Assembly: GCA_003344405.1 (NCBI GenBank)
Contig: NOWV01000195.1
Coordinates: 119,130-139,129 of the forward strand
Length of the DNA stretch: 20,000 bases
Direction of reading: 5' to 3'
Origin: Trichoplax sp. H2
Lineage: Eukaryota
Part shown: one piece after another, positions 1-12,859 of the stretch
How positions within the stretch are numbered: the first letter of the stretch is position 1
Layout of the letters: each line of letters opens with the position of its first letter
The notes under the pieces: model-generated
The model's database searches: none
Seen by the model: the letters and a program-made list of their open reading frames with translations, nothing else
What the model was told of the DNA's origin: nothing
Position numbers and translations under genes: made by a program

Positions 1-657
1 CTCGTATAGAAGCTGGTAAATTTAAAGCATAATATTTATTTTACTTATTTCCATAAATAGCTGGTATTAGCATTAAGGACGATTGAAGATATAATAAATA
101 ATAATCTAATGCAGTACTTGTAAAATTTAGTAGATTGGCAAGATGATGATTATCTCTAAACAACGCGGGTAGTTTTGGATGATATTACTCATCCAGATAC
201 GCCTATAATAATGGCAAACAATATATAATTTAGGAATAAATTGCGTATTTCAGAATCTGTATAAAGTAAAATCGCCATAATAATCTTTACCAGCTATCAT
301 CAAGGCAGTATATCGATAGCACTTGAATTTCCCTATTGTTGTAAACTATCAGTACTGAAACTATGATAAAGTATCGTAACATTCACTTCCTACGCCTTGA
401 ACGTATGCCATATTATAAATAAGCCATAGATTTTAGGCAAGTTTTATTTCGTAAGGTTTTTACAGTATTTCCCCTTAATAGATTATTCACTGAGCATTAT
501 TAATGCTATCTAATTAATGTGATGTTCATACATAGCTTATGTCAATAAAGACACTGTTATTCGTAAAATTTAGAATAAATTTTCCTTAAATCGCATTTAC
601 GAGTATAGATGTTTATATTCTATCTGACTCGTCCATGTTTGGCTTTGAAATCTTTAC

Positions 658-3600
658 TTATATGTCAATTTTTCTTAAAACATAATAATTCTTTCGGGAA
701 TCATTACAAATCATTAAATTTTGATCATCACTAAGTTTTAATTTCTTTATCCTCTTCATAAGCTGGAAACAGAGCTGTTGCACGGGTTGTAATGTCTTTC
801 GATGATAAATTCGAATTAAATTATCCTCTAATTCTAAAATATATTTTCCCTGCCAGCATTGGACAACATTTAATAATTTCATATTACAATGCATCCATAC
901 TCCTTGATATCCAATTGAAATTATGTACCAATTAGAATTGTAAATCTAGAATAAGTAGCAAATCATAATTTTGATATAGATTACATTGCTCAGAACATTA
1001 TCTTTATGTTGTATCTTGTATTAACTTTCTTATGCTTATTTTAATATAAGTGTAAAGTAAAGTTAGAATAGAATTTAAAGCGAAACCAGAAATTAATCTC
1101 AAAGATCTATAACAATTGGGGCAGTATTCAGTCTTGAAAAATTTTTATTGAATTGATACTACTGGAATTAAATTTTAATCATGGTTAAGATATTAATTAG
1201 AATAACGTACCACGTAATTAGTCCCGTACTGTACAAAGAAATAATCACCATTGATTGAATTGATCGCACCCTGATATTTATAATTGTAAAAATTCCTGAG
1301 GATGAATCATTTCATGTTATAACAATATTATAATGACACCTACTTCTAAAATTTTGTAGTTAGAAACACCCAATTCGGCACTAGCAAGTTTTAGATCCAT
1401 CGGCCTGCTAATATTTATACTGGATCCATCAGTAGGAATTGAGATTTTTGAAATATTAATATGACTGGTGGATGGCTGCTTTCGTGTCTGCTGTATAATA
1501 GAGTTATTATCCAATCTATATACCTATTGCAAATTGTGCACAATAAACGATTTTTCAATTTATGACATTTTGATAGCAATAGCCATAGTATTAAAAGCAA
1601 ATTTAATGTAAAATAAGTAAATGCATTTAATTGTTTAGGCTACCGCTTTTTAACCGCTTAAAGCTTCTTAAAAGCTCTAGCTGGTAATTATGTTTTTATA
1701 CAAAAATTATCGATGACATAAGACATTCGATCAGTTGCAAAGACTATTCAGCACCTTCAATATATGTCCGAATTGATGAGTCCAGCTATGAACAAGCATG
1801 TGATGATCATCTTCAAATATGAGAACTTTTCTCTTACATAGCGGATCATATTCTTGAAATACCTTGACTATTTGTCCATCTAAGTAATTTATCATGCTAA
1901 TGATAAGACCATACGAATACTGTTGTAAATAATCAGAGATAAAATAGAATTAGCAGAGTAGACAAAGTTCAAGGCTAGAATTATCAATTTAAACTTTAAT
2001 GTAACCTCTGAACTAGTCAGTATAGCAAATTTTTGCGAACGATTGTTATTGAATATTAATTATAGAAATAAAATACTGACATGAAATTGTTCTTCGTCAT
2101 ATTTCCAAGTAAAAATAAATTTATGGTCAAACTTCCGATAGTTCATTTTCCATAATTGCAAATTATAAGCTACAAAAGTTTGCTCTGTTTCCCATTTCAC
2201 ACGCCTAGGATTGTTTACTTCTCGTAGCTAATTAGAATGAATGAAACTAATTAACAAATCACTCTATTGGGCACCAATAGCTTGATATAGCGAAGTAAAA
2301 TTCAATTAAAAACGATCAGTAAGCTCTTTAACAACGGCTAATGAAATAGAAGTGATTTAATCTATAAGTTCCTAAGATTTCAATATTTTCAGTATAAAAG
2401 GATGTAATCTCAATATAGCTCCTAAAGAAATAAGAGAGCGTATTCAGGATACAAACTAATTCGCCTAAATCTTATACACGGACTGACTGATTGCTTATCC
2501 ACTTTTTTGAGTATTCACACATAGACTAAATTTCAATGTAATAGATCTACATCATATATTTCACGTGTATTCGCGATAATAAGAGAATCATCAATTATCA
2601 ATTTCAGCTAACAATTTATAAAAATTTTCTTACTAAATATTTAATAAAAAGATTAAGGACTCTATAAAATCCTACGATATATTTAGTTTCATTGGAATTA
2701 ATTTGACTAAGATGAGAACTCCAACGCCTTTTAATTAATGTACATGTATAAGCTTCATAAGTAAGAGAGCTCTCGGGAGGTCATACTAGATCTGAGTACT
2801 AATGATAATAAAATAGTAGTACCTAATAGTCACCTAATCAGTAAAATCTTACTTGAGTAATTACATGCGAATGCATAGAATGTGATGTTCGCGAATTAGA
2901 ACAACCACCGTTACATTCATATTTTTCTAATATAATAAAATCATGCAGATTTTGGAATAAGCAAATATTCCATTCTTGTAATGGTTTACTGTTGGTCCAT
3001 CCCCCAACACGATTAGAAGATACTTGTTCCAGGGTTTCTCCTTTGTAAATCTAATATGTGAAATGTATATATATAATGTCAAACATCCTATTTTTAATTA
3101 ATCTCATATATTGCTATTTCATTGAAGTATTCGTTTTTAGAATTAATGAATAAGGAAATTGCACTGCGTCTTCATTGTTTAACATGCTTTTGCCAGCATT
3201 TAGTAAGATAAACTAATGCTAGTAATTAAGGCACATTAGCAGGGCCATTTTCCGAAATTCGCATACTTTGTAACTTACATTTAACGTCAGAATTTGATCC
3301 AATAACAAAATAATAGCCAAAATAGGAGTTTGATTTATAAAATTATAATCTATCGCTAAAGATTTCCAGTTTCTGTTTTTTTCTACATTGTAACAATAAT
3401 GTTCGCTTCTAATGATGTTCATATCACTTCTAATTATGTTTATATCTTGAGAATGTGGTCGGTATATTAATAAATCTTGCATTCCAGGAATAAAACGAAC
3501 GTGATAAATAGGCCATTGAAAGTGAATTAATCGACTAGGAATGATGCCATCATAATTCCATTTTATAATCTATGGAATTGATATATGAACAATCAGATGC

Positions 3601-5847
3601 CATAGTCCTCTAATAATATTCATTCAATCGCTGATACTATGAGTAAATTCTTATTAGATCTATTAAATGCCTGGAGATTTGACATATTTATTCGAGTATG
3701 AAATTACAAATACTTGTGTACTGAAATATAATAATAAGAAGGAGGAATTTATAATCAAATTTCTAAGCTAATTTACAAACCAGGAGATCTTCCGAATTTG
3801 CAGACTGAAATAAAAGCAGCTGACAATCATATGAGGTTGATAAATGCTTGTATCCATATTCTAATTTGTAGCATGCTCTGAAAAGGTTCTTAAATTCTTT
3901 ACGCACATCTATCGTATTATTTTCATTTTGCTCGAGTAAAACATATCCCAGAATGCAGCCATATTGGACTAGTAATGCATTTTTGAGGCCATCATATGAT
4001 AAATTTTGTAGCAGTAGTGTTTTATTTTCACGAACACTTTCTTTCGTGGTAGAGTAGTCGTACTTTAGTATCAATCTAGGTAATCGAATACGCCAGATAC
4101 GATAAACATCTTCGATATTCCAAACCTTTAGGGAATATGGTAAATTAGTGATTATATAGCAACATCGATGAACTAAAGCGTTATAAATAAGTAAATACAT
4201 TGCTAGTAATTAAAATTAAAAAATCACATCAATTTGGCATTTATTCCATGTCGCTGCATGGTATTTGACATTTTCCTCCAAATTTTGTTTCGTCCAGAAC
4301 AAAAGCATAGATTTGCTTACTGCAAACTGTTGCCATGACACTAAATTACTTTCAACAACAATTCTTTCCTTACAATATGCGCTAGTCTCGTAAATCTGCC
4401 AAATCTAAATAGAAATAATTTTGTTAAATTTATTCCAAAAGTGTAGCAAATACTCTCTAGAACCTTTTCAGGTACAATCAGGACTAGATGTAGTGATCAA
4501 GGTAACTAGTTGTTACATAGAAACTAGAATCTTAACTATACTTTTACAAAGTACGCATCTTAGACTACATTGCTGTGATACTATACTGTAATTTTATTAC
4601 GCTACAAGAGGGCTCTATTGCTATTTTTTTCATACTTAGCTCACGTACTTTAATGATAGACTTTCTACTCCTTACATCGATAGTAAAAGCTATATGAGCT
4701 ATTTTAGGAGAAAATTCTAACTGACAATCAGCACAATCAACGATATCAGCGTTGGAATATTGAACAAATTGTAGTCGTTCATGATTATCCGCCAACCAAA
4801 TTTCCCATTTGTGATACATATTGCTATTAGATAAATTCACATCGTCTTCGCATCCTATAAGTACGGTTATTATACAGCTTCGTTAACATACTCAAATTTA
4901 TATTTTCTGAGCTACAAAGTTCGTTACAGGAATACTATCAAAACATATCTATTTATTTCCTGTACATTTATTGATAAGAAAATGAATCTTCAATATTTAA
5001 TTAATGAATTGGCTATTATTCCAGCCTTAGAGCAATAAGTATATATCCAAATACCTTTATCATTTCTAGCAAATGTGTTGTAATAAAGCGCATCTAAACC
5101 TGATAGTCTTGGCTATAAACAAAACAAAAAAATTTTATCGTTACTGCTAATACGCTGAAGATAATCAACTAACATAGTTAAAACTAGAAAAATTTAGGAT
5201 TTCCTTATGTTAAGTGAATCAAAAAGGTTACAGCACATGATGCAAGTATTATAGAAAGCATATGGATTAAAACAATCAGGTTCGTAATAAAGATCAAGGT
5301 TAAAAAATTTTTTAAAGATAAAAAATAAATACTAAATTTATCAAAACGAATAATAATTCTTACTGGCTCATGATATTTCAGGGCTATAATACTTCCATCA
5401 GCGCTTATTTTGATCGATTTAATTTTAACGTTCATCTTAATCCAATTGGTTACAGAGTTTCCCTTATCATAAATTAGCGTCTGCATAGTAGAATATTCAA
5501 AGTAAAATATTTAAAAAGGTTGATAACATCAGGTAAACAGCATCATTATTTTCATTCAACTTTATTTGGATTAAGTAAATCAATACGGAATTTACGGATT
5601 CTTATTATCATTCAAAGGTATCAGATATTGAAGATAATTGGAAATTATTGTAATTTTTTTTTTTATCAATTACAAAGAGTTCCTTACCGTAACTTTACTT
5701 TTCATGCCATCATTTTCACATAGTACAAATTTTAGTTCTGAGAGTGAAGGATTTGAACAAGCATAAACCGGAGAAGAGCTCTTAACTCTTTTTGTAAAAG
5801 ATTTAGCAGTGATTTTGTTCTGTTCCTCACTAATTGCATACCAGCAT
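658..5847 (-). other. Degenerate WD40/beta-propeller-like C-terminal region
   Basis: Beta-strand-rich repeats with WD40-like fragments: IKSIKISADGSIIA, QLEFSPKIAHIA, IIK|IWQI, VWNIE, IIKWNYDG, IYHVRFIPG, IKKLKLSDD. Canonical GH...WD dipeptides are largely lost. Confidence 0.6.
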
Positions 5848-8800
5848 CTTAAGAATATATCATAAATAATTACACTTAAAATATTACCAACTTTATCAAT
5901 ATTTTAACAGACCACGAATAAATATCGCATCATGTCATTAACGAGAGCTCTGGTACCGTAATTTGGAATAGATGGACAGTTTTTCTACTGTTCGTGCTTT
6001 AGCAATTGCAAGTGCTTTATTAAATATCTGAGTGGTTTCATCACCAAAGAAAAGGATAAACTGCACCAAATCGATATTTTGCATGTTTAGATACTGCCCA
6101 AACTGTTTCAATATATGAAACAGCTCGGCATTGCCATACTTTATTCGCTATAAATATATTGTCCATTAAAATGCAGTCCAATAAACCAGCTCAGTATATT
6201 CAAATAGTGGTAGTTAAATATAAACTTTTAACTATTATCAAAGTTGACCATTTCACTCTTTAGCAAATAAATATATATAAAAATTCTTCTTTAATAAACT
6301 ATTAACTGTAAGCTTAAAAAGGTTAACTCGTTACAGTTTACCTACAATTATATATAATTATTGGTTATTACTCTTTATACGCAGTAATTAAACTCGTCAC
6401 CTAAAGTTTCTGACTTTAGCTTAGTGTAGAAAATAATGCAGTTAAGCTTAATATACTGTATACCCGTATTGATTCAAATCATTCTTAGATACAGTTACAC
6501 CTAATATACTTCATAAATATATATTTATATGAAACATATAATTATATATTTATACGCATATATGTACAATTGCTTAAACCATGATTATCAAGTTACCTTT
6601 GCTTGAAAGTAAGTTTCACAACATTTCATATCTAGATAGATACTCGAAACGGCTCTTGTAGCTCTTAGTTTAGTTTCTGTCCATTCAATGTCATCTATTA
6701 GTCTTACTAAGGTATCGGTAGCTTTAGCATCTATTATATGTTCGATGATATAATGATAGAAGTAGCCATCATCTTTATGTTGATTCCATAAGCTACCATA
6801 CTTCCAATAACAGCTGTCAATAAGTTTAGCGTGCAAATTTATTTTATGATCACAGATATCAGGACCTCGTTCACATTCATTGTATTGCATTCGCAGAAAA
6901 TCGACAACAGCAGCGTTGATCTGGCAAAAATATCTACAGTATGAAACCGAAATTTTGAGAATTATTTATCTCAACGATACCTTAACAGAAAGGACTTGCT
7001 TCTTATAATAGCATCGTACTAAAAATATTTACTTTTATTTTATAATCACTACTTCAAAGCAACAATCATGTACATATAATAAATTATCTCTACCTGAATA
7101 ATTAGAATTATAACTTTATTTATTTAAAATTAATTATGTAGCTACCTCTCTTGGTAATTCTTATGTACAGTAAGTAAATATCGCCCTTCTAGTTCTTTTA
7201 GTATAGCCAATGTATTGCAAAAAGATTTTCTCCATAGCAACATAATCATGGTTACAGGAATTCTGACGCATTTAAATATGCTTAGATCAAATAGCCTTTG
7301 CTTAAAATTACTATCTAAACAGTCAACAGTCATCATAATTACTGTTTGAACATTAGACATTAAATTTCTTTTTTTATTTATGACTAGCCTATTGTATTCT
7401 ATCATTTTTAACGCTTTGAAGCTTCTATTTATGTCGTCAAGATATGAACTAGAAATTAACGTAACATTTAATGGTAAAACGCAGGAAACATCAATTAAGT
7501 CTCCGGTTACTTGCTCAGTGATTGTAGTTTTCGATTTATTTTTATCTAATAAGCGTAGAAACTGTGCAATATCATCAAATTTCCAAGCAGCCTAAATAGT
7601 GTTGTTGTTGATTGTTATTAGAATGCGAGAAGAAAATATTTATTTAATTATTTTAAAATGAAGGTTACCTGTACCATAATTTGATGGAAAGAATCGTCAA
7701 TAGGACCATCCAAATTGTGTGTAGTCACAACTGCTTTATCAGCAAATGTAAAATAATCCATAAATGAGAGATTTCGAACATCGTCAAATATAAAAAGAGG
7801 ACAAGCTCCCTTTATATTATCTGTTGCGCAAATAAATGTAAGTTTTAGTATTAATGCACTTTTTACTGATTTAGTATATTAATTTTCTGTTATGCGAATA
7901 TCTCAAAAATGTTGCTAATATGTCTTGAAGTTTGAAAGTGACATTATCTGTATTACCATGTAGATAGTATTGAATGCAATCTACCACTTCTATTAGATCA
8001 GTAGGTGACTGCGTGATAGCAATTCCGGCATTTAATCGATGGTACAAACTCAAAAGTTTTTGTAACAGTCTATCTTCATTGATGTCGCCTAAGTTAAAGT
8101 ATATTAATAAACATCGTTAATTAATTAGTATCCAAATACTTATCATTACATGTTATTTTTATGTTTCAAGGTTAATAAGACATATTTCTAGGAACAATCC
8201 TAATGAATTCATAAACCTTTAGCGCTTTTATAGTCTAGTACTAACGGTTAATAATTAATTGATATACCGTTTCTGCCATCAGGCCATTATATTATCTTTA
8301 AATTACCGATATCAACCCAGTAAATACCATCAGGGTTGAAACAACCTTCTTCCTGGACAACTTTTCTAATTGCTTGGCTTAAAGCTATCGTCTTACCACA
8401 GCCAGCTGTACCACGAACTATAATTTTACCACTTTTTCCATGAATCATTTTCAAATTAGAAGCTATGGCATCCACGGAATCAATGACGTAGATGTAACGA
8501 TGAATTGGAACCTCCATTACATCACGAAGTAAATCTATAATTTTAATAACCTGAGGTTTAGTTAAAAATCATAAACTACCAAATTTTACTAAGAATAGGT
8601 CGATTTTTAGCAAAATATGCTATTAAAAACTAGGTGATAAGATGCAGCACCTATTTTAATCCTTCTAACTCTACACATGATACAAATTGCTAACGTCAAG
8701 TGTTGGCTGATCCTAAACTATGTTATGAAATTCCATATGGAAAGATCAAATATTTGCAAACGCAATGAATTATAGTATTTTATGAATAACATATTTACTG

Positions 8801-9238
8801 TATCTATTTTGAAACGAATAGGGCATTTATAGAAAGTACGTTATCGATCGGTTTACTGTCTATACGCGCACGACGAATTGTTCAATAAGTCTTTGCTATG
8901 AAATTGATCCTACAGTTATGCATATAGGTGTAGCTAACAATACCTCGTGCAAGCAGATCTAATTTTAATCCAAATGCTTGAACTGCTTGTTCAGGATGAT
9001 TTCTAATTATGCTACAAAGTATGTAGAAAGTGAAATGATTGCAATGATGGATCAGGACTTGGATAAATTTTTTACTCATATCTTCTCTGGTTGGCATCTT
9101 TTTAATTTGAGCGATAACATTATCATCCATTAGAGATCGAGATCTTAATTCAATAAGAATATCAGAAATGGGAACTAAGGCCACAAACTCGGCAAATAAT
9201 TGCTTTAAAGCGGATTTAATCTTCAAATCTGTTATCAT
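658..9238 (-). CDS. APAF1-like: Apaf-1-like CARD-NB-ARC-WD40 protein, 20 coding exons, about 1355 aa
   Basis: Manual splicing with GT/AG sites and consistent phases, exons (minus strand): 9238-8944, 8534-8307, 8088-7957, 7820-7669, 7591-7146, 6933-6597, 6147-5957, 5847-5688, 5480-5364, 5112-5055, 4854-4649, 4404-4321, 4125-3781, 3569-3279, 3050-2865, 2227-2081, 1919-1755, 1523-1344, 1270-1211, 945-658 (4068 nt, open throughout, TAA at 660-658). Apaf-1-like segments: RGTAGCGKT (Walker A), GCFNPDGIYWVDIG, LLQKLLSLYHRLN, LFIFDDV (Walker B), DDGYFYHYIIEHI...IEWTETKL, NIDLVQF...QIFNKALAIAK. Individual boundaries are not transcript-verified; strict orthology to APAF1 is not established. Confidence 0.88.
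6597..8534 (-). other. NB-ARC (STAND ATPase) plus winged-helix/helical domain exons
   Basis: Walker A GTAGCGKT (~8389-8412), Walker B LFIFDDV (7777-7797), sensor-1 position VVTTH (7717-7731), GxP position SCVLPL (7469-7486), LHD position INAAVVDFL (from 6920). Motif order and spacing match Apaf-1. Confidence 0.85.
8944..9238 (-). other. First coding exon: CARD/death-fold domain
   Basis: 98-aa helical domain (MITDLKIKSALKQLFAEFVALVPISDILIELRSRSLMDDNVIAQIKKMPTREDMSKKFIQVL...) with a CARD-like hydrophobic pattern, in the N-terminal position expected for Apaf-1. An acceptor (TACTTAG) lies 5 nt before the ATG at 9238 and a donor (GAG|GTATTG) at 8943. Confidence 0.75.
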
Positions 9239-10802
9239 AATGCCTAAGTAGAATGTGGAATAAGAAAATAAACAAATATGCATCATTGTGTTAGGTGACT
9301 TTCTTGTTATCCCTACTGGCATTTATTGAATAATCTCGAGCTAGGTTATTTGAATTTATATTTTTTTAAGGAGCTCATTCTGGTTTAAATTTGAACAGTT
9401 TAAATAAGAAAGAAAGTTGTTTGTTTTAGAATGGTGTAAAGACCAAGGTGTACCCTTCGTTATATTTTATAAAGACTGGTTTAAGCAGAATTAATTACTA
9501 ATATCATCGACTCTGTCCTGTATTTTAACATCTCTAGGCTAGTAAAAGTGTTCTAACTAAATTTGATACCATTGATGTTTGAATAAGAGTAATAAGGTTA
9601 ACACTATATTCACATATCAATCGATTAATAATAAATCCTAAATCAATAATTTAGTAATTTTTGATAGCCACAATAAAATGTGGAGATATAAAAACAAATT
9701 TAGCTATTATAGATTCGAGCACTTACAGACTTAAGCTGTATAAAAAAGGAAAATGTAAATTTTTTATGTCTAATCTTTTTCAGCCCAGATCTTTATTTTA
9801 TCCTAAATAACTAACTACTTGATCGAATTAATGCCTTTTTACACGAGTTTAAATCCAAATAGATAACATAGAGTAGCTGTACAGTCTATATATAATCTCA
9901 AGCTCTAGTTTTTTCAATGCAATCTAAAGACTGTACATAATAGATTCATTTTATCTACTTACTTCCTGTAGGAAATTTTTACATTCATCTTTAGTACCTA
10001 CATAAAGCGCACAGTAATCCATAGAAATTAAGCTAGCGATATGCCGTTAACTAATCAAAGCAAATCCCGGAACAGGAACTAAACGGAAAGTAACAAGATT
10101 ACATATATTTTGTAAGACAGGGAAGCATGTTATTATTAACAGTGTAGATGAAATTATAAAGTAGCTCTGTGGTCTAAAGTGATCTAGATAGATGGACAAA
10201 AATCCTAATTTCCACTAAAAGTCTAAGTAATCTAGGTAATATTGTTCACGACTAAAGGGGAGCTAGTCATCAAAATCTAGTTCACATCATTGAGTTAATG
10301 CATTTCACAGTAGTGAAATGCTATGAAATCTAAATGGTTATTAATACAGCAATTATATCATTACTAAAATATGCACTTATGTAGGTTTTATTATAATGTT
10401 GCTACCGTATTTACTGCAATAATTGATGTTCTAATAATTGAAGATAATTAGTATCATCAGCTACGGAAATAGCTATCAAGTTTCTATTATACCTGTTACA
10501 ATAAGAACAACAGGAACAAGTTTAAACAGTGTTCGAGTACTGTATTTTATTGTCCTTAAAAGGATATTTAATAAATGATCGAACGTGACCTAAACATCCA
10601 TTTAAAACGAACATTGACCTAATGTTATCACTTTAAATACATACACGAGTGGTAAGCGCTTTAGAATTAATATTCTTGTAATGAAATAGAAGAAAATATT
10701 ACATCAAATTTTTTGTAAAGGCCTTATTGATCGCAACAGAATGTGATTCTTACAATTTTATTAATAAAATTACTCTATCCACATTATTCATGATTGTAGA
10801 TA

Positions 10803-10828
10803 ACAACCCGTTCAATTGAACGGGTTGT
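10803..10828. repeat. Perfect 26-bp palindrome
   Basis: ACAACCCGTTCAA-TTGAACGGGTTGT is its own reverse complement. Confidence 0.95.
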
Positions 10829-12746
10829 GTGAATTTGCTGATGTTTTCAGCTAGCTGTATACACCGTGCCAGGTACCTTATATTTCCGAAATGTATTCTG
10901 ACTCATTCTTCGCATTCTTATCGATATCTTTAATTACTTTCGCCATAACGGTAGTAATGTCTACAGATCTTAAGTTAAAACCGCAATGACTTACTCCTAT
11001 TTTTACCTATAACTTGAGGGCAATCATATTGGATTACTTAATTCCAGTAGGCTTGCTGTTGAGAGTAAACAAAGAGTAAAAAGTATTAAGAAGAAAACTT
11101 TATATCATTATCTGCAGGTAGCTAATTTATAAATCACCCATTACACTGCATTATCTGCTGCCAGAAAAGTAATTGAAGTAATTAGTGAAAACTCAATTAT
11201 TAGCGTCTGTTATTGCGCTGCTGCACAAAGGAATGGAATACTTCCTATTTCGTCCCCTTCATTTTCTGTAAAATGCTATGATCACTAGCAATACGGAGAC
11301 AAAGTTACCTATGTCAACTAATTATTTTGTATGCCTTATTTCAACTGGATATAAGATCATTCATGATTAACTTATCGGTAACAAAATTATTTTTAACTTA
11401 TTATGGCAGTAGTCCATATCATAAATTGGAAATATCTAGTCATTATTTGTATTTCTATAGTTTGCTAACTACAAATATCTCTCATCTAATCTAGATACTT
11501 ATAGATAAATATATTACTTGTCATAAACTTAACTTGCGAACTACTACCCTAAACTAGTAAATTACTTATTCCTATCTCCACAACACTTGAAAGTCTACTG
11601 TATGGTAGTCCTATACTACTTGCCGTTACACAGGGATAAGACTGTTCTGAGGGTTTAGTATAGTTTTATTAATAGAGTAGCCGAAACGCTATCTAATCAT
11701 GAACTGAGGAGTGAGCATTCGCTCCTCCTTTTATACCCTACCACCAAACTTGTGTTGCACACATATGGTAGTAATTTAGCAACATAACATTTATACGGTT
11801 CATATAGGGAAACAAACCTCAATAAAGTATATGGTTTTACTATAAATACAACTAGTAAACAACTTTCATTGGCAATAACTAATAAATAGCCAATTAGACG
11901 AACGAGGCTCAGCATGCTACTCGCACGTTACTCGCACTTCGCGGCGGGGGCCACGTCCAGCTGAAAGACAACATATTAGCATTTAATGAAATTAACTTTA
12001 ATTCTTACAAATAAAACTACTTTCATCATAAATTAACACGAATCTTTAGCTTAGTTCAGAAGAGTTTCATTACTTAAAATATTATTAATTCCCTTATATA
12101 ACTTGATAGATTCTAGCTTAAGCAAAAAGTAATTTTCCATCCTAGTACACTCAATATACTATTGCAACTCTCTCTATATTGTGCTAGTATTATATTAAAA
12201 ATAGTATCAGTGCATACAGAAGCTTACAATTTATTGTGCAATTCATTAAACGTAATCTTGCGCTAATTGGGGCTGCATTTCAGACAATGTAACTTATGGT
12301 CTAAATCCTTTTGGGGGCCCGTCTTATTGTTTCACAAAAAAATATCCGTTTGATAATTAATCGATACAGGCCACGCTTTTGCTGCTGAACTCTGAATAAA
12401 GTATTAAATACTATAGCATCACTAAGATCAAATTAAAGTCTTTTCGAAATTGATACGATAGTAAAGTAAACCACTTATCCTAAATAAGATTTAAGATTTA
12501 TTACCGTCAACATGTGACGTACGCATACTATTGTCTGATAGCGACATCTTAGAATTTATATAATTTATTCATTTTTATTATATAAAGTTGCGGTTGAAAA
12601 AATATTACTACTCAACATTATCGTCATTTTTTACTTTCTTACCATTTTCAACCTTTACAGCAACTTCTATCTAATTGTTAGTTGTTAGGTTGGATCCTAC
12701 TATTCCAGAAATTCGAATAATTTGGTGATATAACTTTGACACAGGC

Positions 12747-12854
12747 GTAAGCAGATGATATATTTTTTTTTTTTCGCTACTTGAACTTCCAATGCATTTA
12801 ATAGGTTTTACTCATATTTTTATTTTTTACTGGCCTAGATTAGCAATTTTACAG
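12747..12854 (+). other. Probable 5'-UTR intron of methyltransferase 1
   Basis: Donor GGC|GTAAGC at 12747, T-rich tracts, and acceptor candidates CCTAG (~12838) or TTTTACAG (12854) just before GCGAG-ATG. Confidence 0.5.
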
Positions 12855-12859
12855 GCGAG

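Noticed and set aside
1415..1600. 61-aa minus-strand ORF
   Set aside because: Alternative frame overlapping exon 1523-1344 and intron; no ATG start and no motif.
5520..7595. Plus-strand ORFs 5520-5723 and 7380-7595
   Set aside because: Antisense shadows of Apaf-1-like exons and introns; no recognisable features.
9239..9322. N-terminal extension MPVGITRK... of the 146-aa ORF
   Set aside because: It precedes a good acceptor (TACTTAG at 9245-9244) and is not CARD-like, so it is more likely intron. The ATG at 9238 is preferred, though an upstream coding exon is not excluded.
658..9322. Treating the many short minus-strand ORFs as separate small genes or a fragmented pseudogene
   Set aside because: They join through canonical GT-AG sites into one uninterrupted frame with ordered Apaf-1 motifs.
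11697..11915. 72-aa hydrophobic minus-strand ORF
   Set aside because: No recognisable domain; hydrophobicity is expected from AT-rich sequence; no supporting exon chain found.
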